A DNA stretch of 64,000 bases from Thecamonas trahens ATCC 50062 (GCF_000142905.1 NW_013657672.1:62001-126000); one strand, 5' to 3'; counted from the first letter of the stretch, positions 20,729 through 32,593 are shown. The notes: generated from the sequence alone by a model not told the origin. Translations and numbers: made by a program.

Positions 20729-23700
20729 ATGGAGCTTTCCAGGCTCGACACGCTGCTTGCTGAGCGGTCGCGCAAGCTGGCCGAGGCAGAGTCAGAGCTG
20801 AAGAGAAAGACGGCGCCCGAGGCTGCGCCGCCGCTACCGACGCTAGAGAGCATCCAGCCGCACTCTGCTCAGTCGCAGATCGAGCGCATCGAGGCGCGGG
20901 CAAAGGAGATGGACTCGATCGTCAACTCAGTGACTGCAGTGGTTGCCTCGTATGAGGCACTTGATCGCGACTTGCTTCCATCCACCACAGGCGACTTTGC
21001 GCAGGTTGGCGAGGCGGTGGCGTTTGCCACGCCGACCGATCTCGAGGGTCTTGTGGCCCACTCCAAGGCCCGCGTCAAGTCGCTCTTCATGGCCTACCAC
21101 AAACTATCAGCCGAGCAAACCAACACACTGGCCTCGCTCTCCACCTGGTTCTCCATCCGCGGCAAGGACGACGTCGACGATTTGGCCGAGGCCGAGGCCC
21201 TGGTCGCCACCACGGGCGCCGAGTTGGACTCGCGCCCGACGAGCGGCGTCGATGTGCTCGACGAGTCGGCTTCGTCTCTGCTTGACGCCCGCGGCGCCAA
21301 GGACAAGCTCTCTGCCCTGCACTCGGACATTCTCGAGGTCTGTGTCGACATCCTCAAGGCCCGCCAGGCCGAGACCGCTGACATGGTCCCGCGCTCGGCG
21401 CTTGACGACACGCTCAACGCTCTTCGCATGGCCACCCGCTCTGCCAACAAGCTCAAGGCCGACTACGAGAGCGCGCAGGCCGAGCTAGCCGCCGCCCGTA
21501 CCGACGCTGTCGTCTCGCGCGAGGCCGCCGAAGCCGCCAAGGCCTCGCTCGCACTGATGTCGCGCGATACCGACGTCGACCAGCTCCACTCGCGCCTCAA
21601 GGCTGCCCACCGCAAGATCGAGTCGCTCTCTGCCGAGAACGACCGCCTCTCATCGCAGCTCGAGGCGCTCGACGTCCTCCCGCAGGGCCCGGGCCTCCGC
21701 CGCGCCAACTCGTCCAAGTCCTCGCGCGCCTCGCTCCGGCCAGGCTCGGGCCGCGGCCGCCGGGGCAAGACCCGCGGGCTTGTCCGCTCGGGCTCGCGCT
21801 CGCTCCGCCGCTCACCCTCGTCCGATGATTCCGCCGATACCACCGCCGCTAGCAAAGACGTGGCCGCCATCAAGCAGCAGCTCAACTCGGTCGCCCGCGA
21901 CGCACGCCACACTAAGCTCCAGCTCGAGGCCAAAGTTCGCACCCTCCGCGCAGACCTCTCCGCCAAGGAGAAGATGTCGTCGCGCGCCCGCTCTCAGCTC
22001 CAGACCGAGCTCGAGACCATGCGCGAGAAGATGATTGCCAAGCTCAAGTCCAAGCACGACAAAGAGGTCCAGAAGCTCACCATCGACGCCGACCGCAAGG
22101 TCCGCGCCGCCCTCAAAGAGTCACAGCTCGCTCTCGAGAAACAGGCCGCCTCGCTCCGCAAGGCTTTTACCACAAAGGACAACGCCAAACTGCTCGCCGC
22201 TCTCAAGTCCGACTTTGACACCCGGTTTAACGCCATGCGGCGCGGGCTCGAGAAGCAGCTCCGCGAGGAGCGCCTCGAACACCGCCAGATCGTCCGCACC
22301 CTCAAGTTTGACTTCCGCAAGCGCCTCGAGACCGTCGAGTTTGTCCATGAGGCTCAGTCCCGCGCCCTCAAGATCGACTACCGTGAAGAGTACGCCCGCC
22401 GCTTTGAGGCCCTCCATGCCAACATGGAGCGTCGTATCCACCACGAGACCGCCGCCGCGCTCGCCGCCATGGAAGACCAGGCCGCCTCTCACGCTCAGGA
22501 GCTCGACATTCTTCGCTTCCGGCTCGCCACCCTTGCTGCAGAAAAGGAAGAGAAGGACAAGGCCGCTGCAAGCTCGTCCGCAGACCTCGCCGAGGCGATC
22601 CAAGTCCTCCAGCGCTCGCCGTCGACTGTCGACGACGCCTCGTTCCGCGGCATCATCACCGATCTCCGCTCCCAGCTCAAGGCTGAGATCGACAAGCGCA
22701 CCGTGCTCACCGCCAAGCACGCCCGCGAGCTTCGCGACCTTCGTCTCAAGTACGAGTCGGACGTCGCGTCCATGTCGCTCACCCGTGACGTCGAGCGCCG
22801 CGGTATCGACTATGGCCTTTCGTCCGAAGAAGCTCAGGTCTACTACGTCGACATGATCACCGCACGCCTCCGTGAGCTCGACGCCCTCGGCTGGTCGCTC
22901 GAGAAGGAGGTCCTCACCCGCGAGCTTGAGCGGGCGCGCAACCGCGTCGCCGCCGGCGAAATCGACCGCGATGCAACTGACCTTGCCCACCACGCCTCGG
23001 AGACCAAGCTGAACGAGCTCCGCAATGCGCAAGCCTCTGAACTCGACGCCCTCACCGCCCAGCTCGATGCCCTCACCGAGGACGACGAGGCAACACAGGT
23101 CGAAAACAAGCTCGCCATCTATGCCGAGCTTGAGCAGGTCAAGGCCCGCCATGCTCAGGAAATCGAAGCTCTGCAGGCACAGCTTGCCGCAAACTCAAAC
23201 GCCGCGGACCCGTCGCCGGCAAACTCGGAGTCGGGCGACGATGCATCGGCCGAGCAGAGCGGCAACGCTGGTCCTGGTCAAGGACAGCCGGCCGTGCCGA
23301 CCATCTTGCTCGACGACTCGACCGTGCTCGAGCCGAACGCGCTGGCGTCGATCCTCGGGCCTGGGCGCGAGCTCATCAACTACGACGATGTCCGTGCCAA
23401 CGATGCTGACGACGCCGGCGTCACATCCGATGCACCCGCTACAAATCGCTCGAGTGAGGCTAGCGAGAGCCACGGTCTCCGCGCGCCTTCGGACCTGGAT
23501 CTCCCCCTCGTTTCGCCAGCCATGACTCGCATTGTCTCGCAATCGGAGCTCAAGCCTTCCGGCGCTGGAATGGAGTCGCCCGCAGCAACTGCCCGGCGCG
23601 AGGCCATGCTCAAGGCCGAGGCCGAGCGGCGCGCCACTGTGATCAAGGACCAGGTTGAGGCGATGAAGCGCGAGCTCCAGCGGCACGCCTCGGTTCAGGA

Positions 23701-26700
23701 AGCGCAGGTTCACAACAAGATTGTGCTCCTCCGCGAGGACTATCGCGCGCGCTGCACCGCGCTCGGCAACGCCATCAAGGATGCCGACAAGTTCGATCCC
23801 AGTCGCGCCGAGGAGCTGCGCCGGCAGATGAAGGCCCTGACCTTGGCCCACAAGCGGAACATCAACATGCTCCGCGCCTCGGTCAACGAGCTCGACGCCA
23901 TCCACGCAGCCCGACTCGCCGAGTATCACGACTCGCTCATGGCCAAGGAGAAGATCTACCAGACAAACCTTCGACTGCAGGAGCAGCTGCTCTCGTCGAC
24001 CATGGAGGAGAAGGAGCACCTGCTCTCGGTCCTCGACGAGTTCCGCAATGCCAACGCGCTCGAAGTCCACCGAACTGCACTCGGCGCTGCACTCGAGGCG
24101 TCGCACGCCGCCGACATGTCGGCGGCCGCGCTCCTCGCCGACGACGGCCTCATGTCGACGGCCTCGGTTCAGGCTGTGCTCTCCGACCTGGACACCTCGG
24201 CCGCGACTTGTCTCGATCTCCGCGGCAAGGCGCTTCCGCTGTGGGCGCGCCTCCGCGCCCTGGTCGACTCTGTGGTCACCGCGTCGAGCGTCTCGCTCTC
24301 GGACACTGCCGCCGAGCTCGAGCGTGCCGAAGACGAGCGATCCGACGCAATGCGCAAGGCTGTCGAGCTCGACACCGAGTTGGCCACCGTTCGCCGCCGG
24401 GTGCACGCCCTCGAGGACGACATGGTCCACCAGCGCCAGCTGTGGAACAAGCAGCTCGAGTTGTGGCAGGCCTCGGTTCAGGAGAAGCAGAACTCTATGT
24501 CGCACACGTACCAGGCTCTAGAGCAGGCCAAGGACCTGGAGATATCGGCGCTCAAGACCGAGCTTGCCTACTATGTGGCTGAGCGCGCCGAGCTGGAGGC
24601 GGTCGCTCTTGAGGCTGGAGTCCGCTCCACCTCGCGCTCTCGCTCGGAGTCGCAGTCCCCAGCTGCTGCTCTCCCCGACGACCACGCTGTCGCAGACTCG
24701 ACGACACGCTCGCCGACCGAGACAGGCCCGTCGCAGAGCGAACCCCCCATTGCGTTTTCGGACACTGCGCCGACGACGTCAGGTGAGAGCAAAGTTTCGC
24801 AGCCGCAGAATCTTGCTCCTCCGGCCCACTCGCTCGCCCACCATCGGACGCCCGAAGAGCGCGAGCGCGACTCACAGGCTCTCGCCGACATTGCGGCCCA
24901 AGTCGAAGCCGCCAAGGCGCAAGTCGACGCGGCGTCGTCCGAGCTGGAGGCGGCGACGGCGCTGCCGTCGTCGTTCACGCCGCAGCCAGTCAATGACGAG
25001 AGCAGCGAACCGGAGCCGAGCCGGTCGGTGCTACAAGCGCCCCTCCCGCTCCAGGCGCGTGTGCCACAAGTCGACGCGGGCGTACAGACCGATCCGATGG
25101 ATCCGGCGCAGCTGGCGTCGGCCATGTCGCACGAGCTGGCAGCCGAGCTCGCAGAAATCGACGACGGGCTGGACGAGGTCAGGTCACAGAGCTCGTCGGC
25201 GGCGGGTGCCGCAACCCGCATCGGGCTTCTGGAAGACCAAGTGCGGTCGTTCTCACTGCGGCTGCGGTCAGTTATCGTGGAGAGCGACAAGGCGCGGAGC
25301 GTGCATGCGCGTGAGCTGCGCAATCTTCACAGTGAGCTGGAGAAGGAACGCAGCAAGTATCTAGTGCGGCTCCGCGAGGTGGAGGGCAAGCATGGAGACG
25401 AAGTGCGGCGGCTACGCAAGCGCGGTGACGAGCTGCGCAAGGCAGCCGACGAGGAGCTGAACCTTGTGCGGGTCGAGGCAAGCCACAAGCTCGAGGCCGC
25501 GCGCGATGTGTACGAGCGACGCATCAAGCAGCTGCTGGGAGTGATTGCCGCCAAGAGCAACGCAAATGAGCACACGCTCGACTCGGTCAAGCAGACGACG
25601 GCTACTGAGATCAGCGAGCTCCGGGCCGCGGTTGAGTCTGCACAAATGTCGACGGAGCAGCGACTGGTGTTTGAGCAGCGGCGGTTTGAGCAAGAGCTCC
25701 AGGCCCTGGGCTCGCAGTTCCGCGCCGAAGCGCTCAAGGTGCATGCAGCAGTGTGCCATGTGGCGTCAGATGTGGCAGACGGCCTGATGCGGATCGACGG
25801 TGCGAGCGGCCTCGCGCTGCACGAGACGGTGGCGGCAGCGAACGAGACGGCGCTGGCCAAGACCGAGGTTGACGACACGCCCGTGCTTCTCAGCGCCGAT
25901 GTTGCGGTCCTCACGGCGCTCTGCGACGCGGTGCTGCGGGTGGTGTCCGAAAAGGCGCACAGCGCGCGAGTCGACATTGCGGCGCACAAGGCCAAGACTC
26001 CGTGGCAGAGCCAGCCAGCTCCGAGCGCGGCCGCGAGCTCGACCCACGAGGAAGAGCTCGAGGCGCGGGTGGCTGAGCTGGAGCTGGCGCTCAAGGCGCA
26101 GGCCGTGCAGCTGGCGCGGGCCAAGGCGCGCGCAAATGATGCGTCGGTCGAGGCGTCGGACGCCGAGCTGAGCAAGTATGAGGCGTCGACGCCGCGCGAG
26201 TCGCCGCACGAGCTTATCGGGCACCTGCGGATGGAAGTGCGGGCGACACGGACGGCGCTGGCGCGCAAGGCGGTGGCGGTCCGTGAGCGCGAGTCGGTCA
26301 TTGACATGCAGGCGGACCATATTGACGCGCTGCAGACGACAATTGAGCGGCTGCGGTCGCGGCTGGCGTTCTTCCAGCGGCACCCAAACGAGTTTCTGCA
26401 GATTACGGCTGCGCCTGGTGGCGCGTCGCGCCCAAGCACTTCGGGCTCGGGCGGAAGCTCGAGAGGCTCCTTCGTCCGCCCACGGCCGCCGGCCTTTCCG
26501 CCACCGGGCGGCATCGCACGGCCAAACCCGCTGCGGCGGGTGGCATCGGCCGTCGTGATGTCGCGGAGGGTGGCGAGCGCAAGTCGCGAGATGGACGCCT
26601 CGGAAGCAGAGGCTGCTGGCCCAGTTGCGGTCGCGCTGCAGCTGCAGCGCGGCAGGATAGGCAGCGCGGCGCGAGCACCGCTGCCACCGGTGGGACAGAC

Positions 26701-27565
26701 AGACGCAGTGGGGCGGCGGAGACTGTCGTCGCCGTTCCTCGCCGACGAACCAGCGGCGCTGCGGCGGCTCATGGCCGACGTGTCCAAGTCGAGTCTCGCC
26801 GAAGTGCCGTCCCCGGGCGGAGTGCCGGGCGGGTCGGGTGGTCCGGTCTCACCTGGGCGACGCGAGCGAGCGCCTGTGGACGTGGACGAGCTCAAGGCGG
26901 CGCTGCACTCGACGCAGGAGCAGCTGGCAGATGCGCTGGCAGCGCTTCACAGTCAACCAGCGCCGGGAGGCGGTATCGGGGGCGATCAGGCCAGTGAAAC
27001 GGTGGCGTACTCCAAGGCGCTCATCGCAACGTCGAAGCGGCTTCGCGAAGAAAAGATTGCGGCGTCGCTGGAGGAGATGTCTGCCAAGTCTGCGGCGTCA
27101 GTGCTGGAGCAAAAGGTCCGGCAGCGGGCGGCGCAGCTGAGCGAGGCCAAGCTGAGTGCCGCCAACGACGCGGCGACGCTCGCACTCATCCGGATGCACA
27201 AGCGGGCGGTCGAGCAGGCGCGGCAGTTTGAAGTCAAGAAGGCGCAGATTCTCGCTGACCAACGACGCAATCTGGAAAAGGTGCTGGTAACGTTCGGCGA
27301 GTGGATCGCCACGTCGCCGTCTCGAACGGTCCCGGACACCGGGCTCTTCCTCGAGGGCCACAGCCTCGAGCCGAGGCGGATGCGGGCCGGAACACTGGCT
27401 GCTGCCGCCCCGGCCGCCACCGCCCCGGCCGCCCTTGCCGCAGCCGCAGCCGCAGCCGACCAATCTACCCAGCCGCATGCACCTCAAACCTGGCTCCCAT
27501 GGTTTACCACCGATGCCGATGCTGATGCCGATGCCGACGCCATTGCCGTCGCCGCCATGTCATGA
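20729..27565 (+). CDS. Very large (~2280 aa) coiled-coil protein of unknown function
   Basis: Uninterrupted 6.8-kb ORF with GC3-biased codons and heptad-rich Ala/Glu/Leu/Arg segments. First ATG is at 20729. Confidence 0.85.
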   Translation: MELSRLDTLLAERSRKLAEAESELKRKTAPEAAPPLPTLESIQPHSAQSQIERIEARAKEMDSIVNSVTAVVASYEALDRDLLPSTTGDFAQVGEAVAFATPTDLEGLVAHSKARVKSLFMAYHKLSAEQTNTLASLSTWFSIRGKDDVDDLAEAEALVATTGAELDSRPTSGVDVLDESASSLLDARGAKDKLSALHSDILEVCVDILKARQAETADMVPRSALDDTLNALRMATRSANKLKADYESAQAELAAARTDAVVSREAAEAAKASLALMSRDTDVDQLHSRLKAAHRKIESLSAENDRLSSQLEALDVLPQGPGLRRANSSKSSRASLRPGSGRGRRGKTRGLVRSGSRSLRRSPSSDDSADTTAASKDVAAIKQQLNSVARDARHTKLQLEAKVRTLRADLSAKEKMSSRARSQLQTELETMREKMIAKLKSKHDKEVQKLTIDADRKVRAALKESQLALEKQAASLRKAFTTKDNAKLLAALKSDFDTRFNAMRRGLEKQLREERLEHRQIVRTLKFDFRKRLETVEFVHEAQSRALKIDYREEYARRFEALHANMERRIHHETAAALAAMEDQAASHAQELDILRFRLATLAAEKEEKDKAAASSSADLAEAIQVLQRSPSTVDDASFRGIITDLRSQLKAEIDKRTVLTAKHARELRDLRLKYESDVASMSLTRDVERRGIDYGLSSEEAQVYYVDMITARLRELDALGWSLEKEVLTRELERARNRVAAGEIDRDATDLAHHASETKLNELRNAQASELDALTAQLDALTEDDEATQVENKLAIYAELEQVKARHAQEIEALQAQLAANSNAADPSPANSESGDDASAEQSGNAGPGQGQPAVPTILLDDSTVLEPNALASILGPGRELINYDDVRANDADDAGVTSDAPATNRSSEASESHGLRAPSDLDLPLVSPAMTRIVSQSELKPSGAGMESPAATARREAMLKAEAERRATVIKDQVEAMKRELQRHASVQEAQVHNKIVLLREDYRARCTALGNAIKDADKFDPSRAEELRRQMKALTLAHKRNINMLRASVNELDAIHAARLAEYHDSLMAKEKIYQTNLRLQEQLLSSTMEEKEHLLSVLDEFRNANALEVHRTALGAALEASHAADMSAAALLADDGLMSTASVQAVLSDLDTSAATCLDLRGKALPLWARLRALVDSVVTASSVSLSDTAAELERAEDERSDAMRKAVELDTELATVRRRVHALEDDMVHQRQLWNKQLELWQASVQEKQNSMSHTYQALEQAKDLEISALKTELAYYVAERAELEAVALEAGVRSTSRSRSESQSPAAALPDDHAVADSTTRSPTETGPSQSEPPIAFSDTAPTTSGESKVSQPQNLAPPAHSLAHHRTPEERERDSQALADIAAQVEAAKAQVDAASSELEAATALPSSFTPQPVNDESSEPEPSRSVLQAPLPLQARVPQVDAGVQTDPMDPAQLASAMSHELAAELAEIDDGLDEVRSQSSSAAGAATRIGLLEDQVRSFSLRLRSVIVESDKARSVHARELRNLHSELEKERSKYLVRLREVEGKHGDEVRRLRKRGDELRKAADEELNLVRVEASHKLEAARDVYERRIKQLLGVIAAKSNANEHTLDSVKQTTATEISELRAAVESAQMSTEQRLVFEQRRFEQELQALGSQFRAEALKVHAAVCHVASDVADGLMRIDGASGLALHETVAAANETALAKTEVDDTPVLLSADVAVLTALCDAVLRVVSEKAHSARVDIAAHKAKTPWQSQPAPSAAASSTHEEELEARVAELELALKAQAVQLARAKARANDASVEASDAELSKYEASTPRESPHELIGHLRMEVRATRTALARKAVAVRERESVIDMQADHIDALQTTIERLRSRLAFFQRHPNEFLQITAAPGGASRPSTSGSGGSSRGSFVRPRPPAFPPPGGIARPNPLRRVASAVVMSRRVASASREMDASEAEAAGPVAVALQLQRGRIGSAARAPLPPVGQTDAVGRRRLSSPFLADEPAALRRLMADVSKSSLAEVPSPGGVPGGSGGPVSPGRRERAPVDVDELKAALHSTQEQLADALAALHSQPAPGGGIGGDQASETVAYSKALIATSKRLREEKIAASLEEMSAKSAASVLEQKVRQRAAQLSEAKLSAANDAATLALIRMHKRAVEQARQFEVKKAQILADQRRNLEKVLVTFGEWIATSPSRTVPDTGLFLEGHSLEPRRMRAGTLAAAAPAATAPAALAAAAAAADQSTQPHAPQTWLPWFTTDADADADADAIAVAAMS

Positions 27566-27778
27566 CCATCAAGTGCTGAAAGAGTTGCAGATTAAAAGGA
27601 AACAGCAGATTGGGGAGAATAAGGTGAGGGGCGGGAGATTGAGTGAGGGGCGGGGAGGGGGGGGGGGGGTGGAGGGGCGACTCGGCCGGATGGTGGTGAG
27701 ACGGCCAAGTGACGAGTGACGAGTGGCGAGCCGGGACGACTGGCAGGACGACACCCAACTTGGCTTGTGGGCAGAGCC

Positions 27779-28107
27779 ATGTCAACGCAAGAGCTGTTCG
27801 GGGCCATCTCGTCAGACGACGAAGGTGGAGAGGTTGGAGAGACGACCACGAGTGCCACCACTGGTACCAATGCCACTGTCGATGACGATGAAGTCTCTGG
27901 TGGTGACAACCACAACGACGACGAGGACGACGACTTGGCCGACCACGACGACGACGACTTGGCCGACTACGAAGACGACGAAGACGAGGAGGAAGCCAGT
28001 CGGGTAAGTTTCCCCCTCCACGAGAAGGTGTAGTGAGAGAGAGTGTGTGTGTGTGTGTGTGTGCGAGAGAGAGAGAGAGAGAGTAAGGGAGGGTATCCCT
28101 TGCCCAT

Positions 28108-28139
<32 letters not shown>

Positions 28140-31100
28140 CCCCCCTTCGTCTCTGGGGTCATGGACTCTCCAAAAATTGGATCCTGGTCGGGGTGGGAGG
28201 CAGGGTGGGAGTGGGGTGAGGGGTGGGGTTGGGAAGGTGTAGGGGAGAATGAGGGTGGTATGGGGGTTGAGGAAGGTATGTGGTGGACTCATGTGGTGCT
28301 TGGTATGGATACGGCTACTTGGTCGCCCTGGCGGGGTGCTGGCGGGGTACTGGCGGGTGTGGCGGCGGTGGGCGGACGGGGCGGGGCGGCTGGACGGGCT
28401 GGTGGGTGGCGGTGGGCGAGGATAGAGTCGGAAGCGACGGAAGGGGCCGGGCGGACAGCGGCGGATGGATGCGATGTCCAACTTTATTGATGACATTGCC
28501 GTGGATGACGACGGCGATGACGAGGAGGACGACGAGGAGGACGACGGGTCTGACGCTGGAGACGTGCTCGACGACGAGACGCTGATTGAGGACGATGGCG
28601 CGCAGGCGCGGCGGCTTGATCTGGAGCGCGAGACGGCCGAGGCTGCTGCTATCCGGGAGAAGACGCAGCGTTTTGAGGAGATGGGCGCCGAGTACGAGAA
28701 CGCTGGGCGGCCGGGGATTGTGATGGAGGACGTGAGCGAGCTGGACCGGCAGTCGCTGCTCCCGACGCATGCAGACCCGAAGCTGTGGATGGTCAAGTGC
28801 AAGACCGGGATGGAGCGAAAGCTTGTGCTTGCGCTGATGTACAAGTTTGCGGACAAGCAGAGCCGCGGAAAGCGGATGGGGATCACGTCTGTGATTTGCC
28901 GCGACAACCTGCGCGGGTACTTTTTCGTGGAGGCGCGGCGAGAGGACACGGTCAAGGCTGCGATTTCCGGGCTCCGCGGGGTGCGGCAGTCGTCTGTGAC
29001 GATTCTTCCGCTGAAGGAGATGGTAGACACGCTCGAGGTGACGGCGCAGGACGTGACGCTGCGGAAGGATGCATGGGTGCGGATGAAGCGCGGACAGTAC
29101 CGCGGCGACCTTGCACGCATTGTGCGGCTGGACGACTCGGGCTCGCGGGCGGTGGTCAAGCTCATTCCGCGGCTGGATCTGGACAAGCACTCGCGGGCGT
29201 CGCTGCCGCGGACCGACGACTCGTCGAAGAAGCGCAAGCGGCCGGCGCGGCCAGCGGCCAAGTTCTTCTCGCCGGAGGAGGTGCAGGACAAGGTCGGCCA
29301 CTTGGCGATCAAGACGGTGGTGACGGTGAGTGGCGAGAAGGGGTACATGTTTGGCGGCAACGAGTTTGTGGACGGGTACCTGGTCAAGTCTGTGCCAATC
29401 AACTCGCTCAACTCGACGAACGTGGTGCCGACGCTGGAAGAGTTCCAGAAGTTCCAGAACATGGGGACGGGCAAGTCGACGGACGCGATTGCAGACGCGC
29501 TGGCGGCGACGCTTCCGGGCGGCGGGCAGATGATGGGCATGGAGGGCTTTGCCAGTGCGCAGCGGGTTGACTTTCAAAAGGGCGACATGGTGCAGGTGGT
29601 GGCCGGCGAGCTGACGTCGCTCAAGGGCTCTGTGCTTGCGGTGGACGGCGAGTCTGTCACCTTTGTGCCGAACCACATCGACTTTTCCGAGCCGCTCACC
29701 ATCGCGCGGGCCAACTGCGCCAAGTACTTTAATGTGGGCGACCACGTGCGGGTGACGCGCGGGCTTCGCGAGGGCGAGACGGGCCACATTGTGGCGGTCG
29801 ACTCGCAATACGCGCATGTGTTTTCTGACCTCAACCACTCGGAGTTCAAGGTCTTTGTCCGCGACGTGCGGCTGGCATCTGCGATGGTGACCACCATCGA
29901 TACGCTCGGCGAGTATGAGGTCTACGACCTTGTTGAGCTCGACGCAACCTCTGTGGGCGTCGTCATCCAAATCGAGGGCTCGAGCCTGCGTGTGCTCAAC
30001 CAAAACGGAGTGGTCTCGACGGTCCGCCCGACCGAGGTCGGCAAGAAGTGGACGCGGCGGTCGATCACGCTCGACTCGGCAGGCAACAACGTCGGCGTCC
30101 GCGACGTCATTCGGGTTCTCGACGGCCCACACAAGGGCAAGCAGGGGACGGTCAAGCACATTTTCCGTGCGCACATCTTTGCGCACTCGGCGTCGGTCAT
30201 GGAGCACGGCGGAATGTTTGCGGTCCGTGGGCGGAACTGCGTGCTGCTCGGCGGGGCGATGGGCGCTGCCGCCGGTGCGGCGCCGCAGGAGACCGGGCGC
30301 TCNNNNNNNNNNNNNNNNNNNNNNNNNNNNNNNNNNNNNNNNNNNNNNNNNNNNNNNNNNNNNNNNNNNNNNNNNNNNNNNNNNNNNNNNNNNNNNNNNN
30401 NNNNNNNNNNNNNNNNNNNNNNNNNNNNNNNNNNNNNNNNNNNNNNNNNNNNNNNNNNNNNNNNNNNNNNNNNNNNNNNNNNNNNNNNNNNNNNNNNNNN
30501 NNNNNNNNNNNNNNNNNNNNNNNNNNNNNNNNNNNNNNNNNNNNNNNNNNNNNNNNNNNNNNNNNNNNNNNNNNNNNNNNNNNNNNNNNNNNNNNNNNNN
30601 NNNNNNNNNNNNNNNNNNNNNNNNNNNNNNNNNNNNNNNNNNNNNNNNNNNNNNNNNNNNNNNNNNNNNNNNNNNNNNNNNNNNNNNNNNNNNNNNNNNN
30701 NNNNNNNNNNNNNNNNNNNNNNNNNNNNNNNNNNNNNNNNNNCCGCCTCGTCGTGGGGCACGTACTCGTCGGGCCGCTCCGGGCTCCGCCGCAGCCTCGT
30801 ACACCACCCCAGCGCCTGCCGGCACGGCTTCGTACACCACCCCGGCCCCGGCCTCGTACACCACCCCGGCGCCGCCGTCGGCTCCCGGCGGCTACGCCGC
30901 AGCCTCGTACACCACTCCGGCGCCCGCCGGCACGGCCTCTTACACCACTCCGGCACCCGCCTCGTACACCACGCCCGAAAAAAACCGCCACGGCTTCGTA
31001 CACCACCCCGGCGCCAGCATCGTACACCACCCCGGCCCCGGCCTCGTACACCACCCCGGCGCCCGGCCCGGCGCCGATGGACGTGGCGTACACATCGGCG

Positions 31101-31421
31101 GCGCCCGCGCCCGCGGCAACGCCGCTGCCGGCCTTTGCCCGGCCCGGCGTGGTTGTCACCGTCAACAACGAGCAAGGCGTCATCTCGCACACCCTGCCCG
31201 ACGGCACCGCCGACGTCCGGTTCAGCTCGGGGCGTGTGGCGACGGTGGCCGGCAGCGACATGGCGGCGGTCCACCCGGCGAGCAACGGCGACCGGGTCAT
31301 GATGGTCGACTCGGGCATGACCGGCACCATCACGTCGATGGACGACGTTGGCGTGCTGGTCTCGTTTGGCGACGACGTGCGGATGGTGGACAACCTAAGC
31401 ATGCTTGTCCGTGTCGAATAA
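27779..31421 (+). CDS. SPT5: Transcription elongation factor SPT5; exons 27779-28003 and 28459-31421, with an N-gap at 30303-30742 and a frameshift at A7 30978-30984
   Basis: Acidic N-terminus, NGN domain (LLPTHADPKLWMVKCKTGME..RGYFFVEA), KOW repeats (KYFNVGDHVRVTRG; GPHKGKQGTVKHIFR), CTR repeats and C-terminal KOWs. Intron is GTAAGT...CAG. Confidence 0.95.
28109..28138. repeat. ~30-nt poly-C tract within the SPT5 intron, flanked by (GT)n/(GA)n and G-rich sequence
   Basis: Direct inspection. Confidence 0.9.
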
Positions 31422-31583
31422 AGACAGCCGATACTGCGGATGATTGACTGAGCTGAACTAAGCTGAGCTGTGTATGATGATGGGGGGACGGGAAGGGGGG
31501 GGGGAGGGGGGGGGGGGGGGAGCAGAGAGGAGTTGGATAGCACACTGCGTATGGTGTTTATCAACCAGCCAGCATGACCTTCT

Positions 31584-32253
31584 TTACGAGTTCGAGTTGG
31601 GCGAGCGGCGGTCGTCCGACTTGTTGATGAACCGCTTGGTGTAGAGCTCGCGCTTCTTGGCACGGCCAGTCTTCGGCTTGGTCTGCAGTTAGAAGAAGGC
31701 GGTCGAGCAGAGAGTGGGAGAGGGTGAGTATATGTGGGGTGGGGGGGGGGGGGGGTTAGAGAAGGGGGTGAAAGGGGGGGGGTGACTGTGGTAGGGGTGG
31801 GTGACCTTTGGGAAGGGTGGTGGTCATGGGAGGGAGGGAGAGGGGGGGAGGGAGAGGGGGGGGGGGAGATCATACAAAGTGGGACGTACCTTCTCAGTGG
31901 GCTCCACCTTGGGAGTCTGGTTCTTGACCTTGCCGGCACGCGCGAGACCACCGTGGACCTTACCTATATATTGATGGTTATGGTGTGAGAGTGAGTGTGG
32001 GGCGGAATGGATGGGTATGGGGGTGGGGAAGGTCAGGGTGGGGCGGAGGGCGAAGGGGAGGCCATCACAAATATTCATGAAACAGCCAGTCATGGCCTCC
32101 TTCTCACCACCCATACACAACACACAACCATGTAAAGACAGCAACAGAGTGTCAGAGGATGGAGAACAGGTCTAGTTGTATCTCTGTAGCTACCTGTCGT
32201 CCACAGCACATGCTCGTATCTCCCTTTCTCGCCCATGTCGTCTACGTACCCAT
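31584..32253 (-). CDS. RPS30: 40S ribosomal protein S30 (eS30, no ubiquitin-like fusion); exons 32250-32253, 31890-31963 and 31584-31682
   Basis: Spliced product [44 protein letters not shown]...PNSNS*. Both donors are GTACGT; a CTAAC branch point precedes the last acceptor. Confidence 0.95.
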
Positions 32254-32440
32254 GTTGTTGTGTGAGAGTCGTGTGATGAAACAATGCTTCAATTGTGGCT
32301 TTGTTCATTCCTTCCCTCCATTTGCCTCCTTTTCTCAGAAATGGCATGGAGTCCTTCCGTTGTCTTCCGTCCGCCCGTCGCTTCCTCTCCCCTCCCTCCC
32401 TTTTTTGACCGACACGCCCGTAGTCACAGCCCATCACCAT

Positions 32441-32593
32441 CACAACCATCGCCATCATAACCATCGCCTGCATAACCATCGCTATCACAACCATCGCTAT
32501 CACAACCATCGCCTCCCTCCAGTCACTGCCATCGCCATCACCATCGCCATCGCCATCGCCATCGCCATCGCCATCGCCATCGCCATCGCCCAT
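32441..32593. repeat. 15-bp CAYAACCATCGCYAT repeats followed by a (GCCATC)n microsatellite
   Basis: Direct inspection. Confidence 0.9.

Noticed and set aside
2453-30864. Long antisense or alternate-frame ORFs (e.g. 2453-4150, 12579-14129, 14538-16115, 25327-26895, 27504-29540, 28315-30864)
   Set aside because: Shadow ORFs are expected in high-GC coding DNA; some are also inflated by N-gaps.
31584-32253. Absence of the FUBI ubiquitin-like fusion on RPS30 as a novelty
   Set aside because: Unfused eS30 is the normal state in fungi, plants and most protists.
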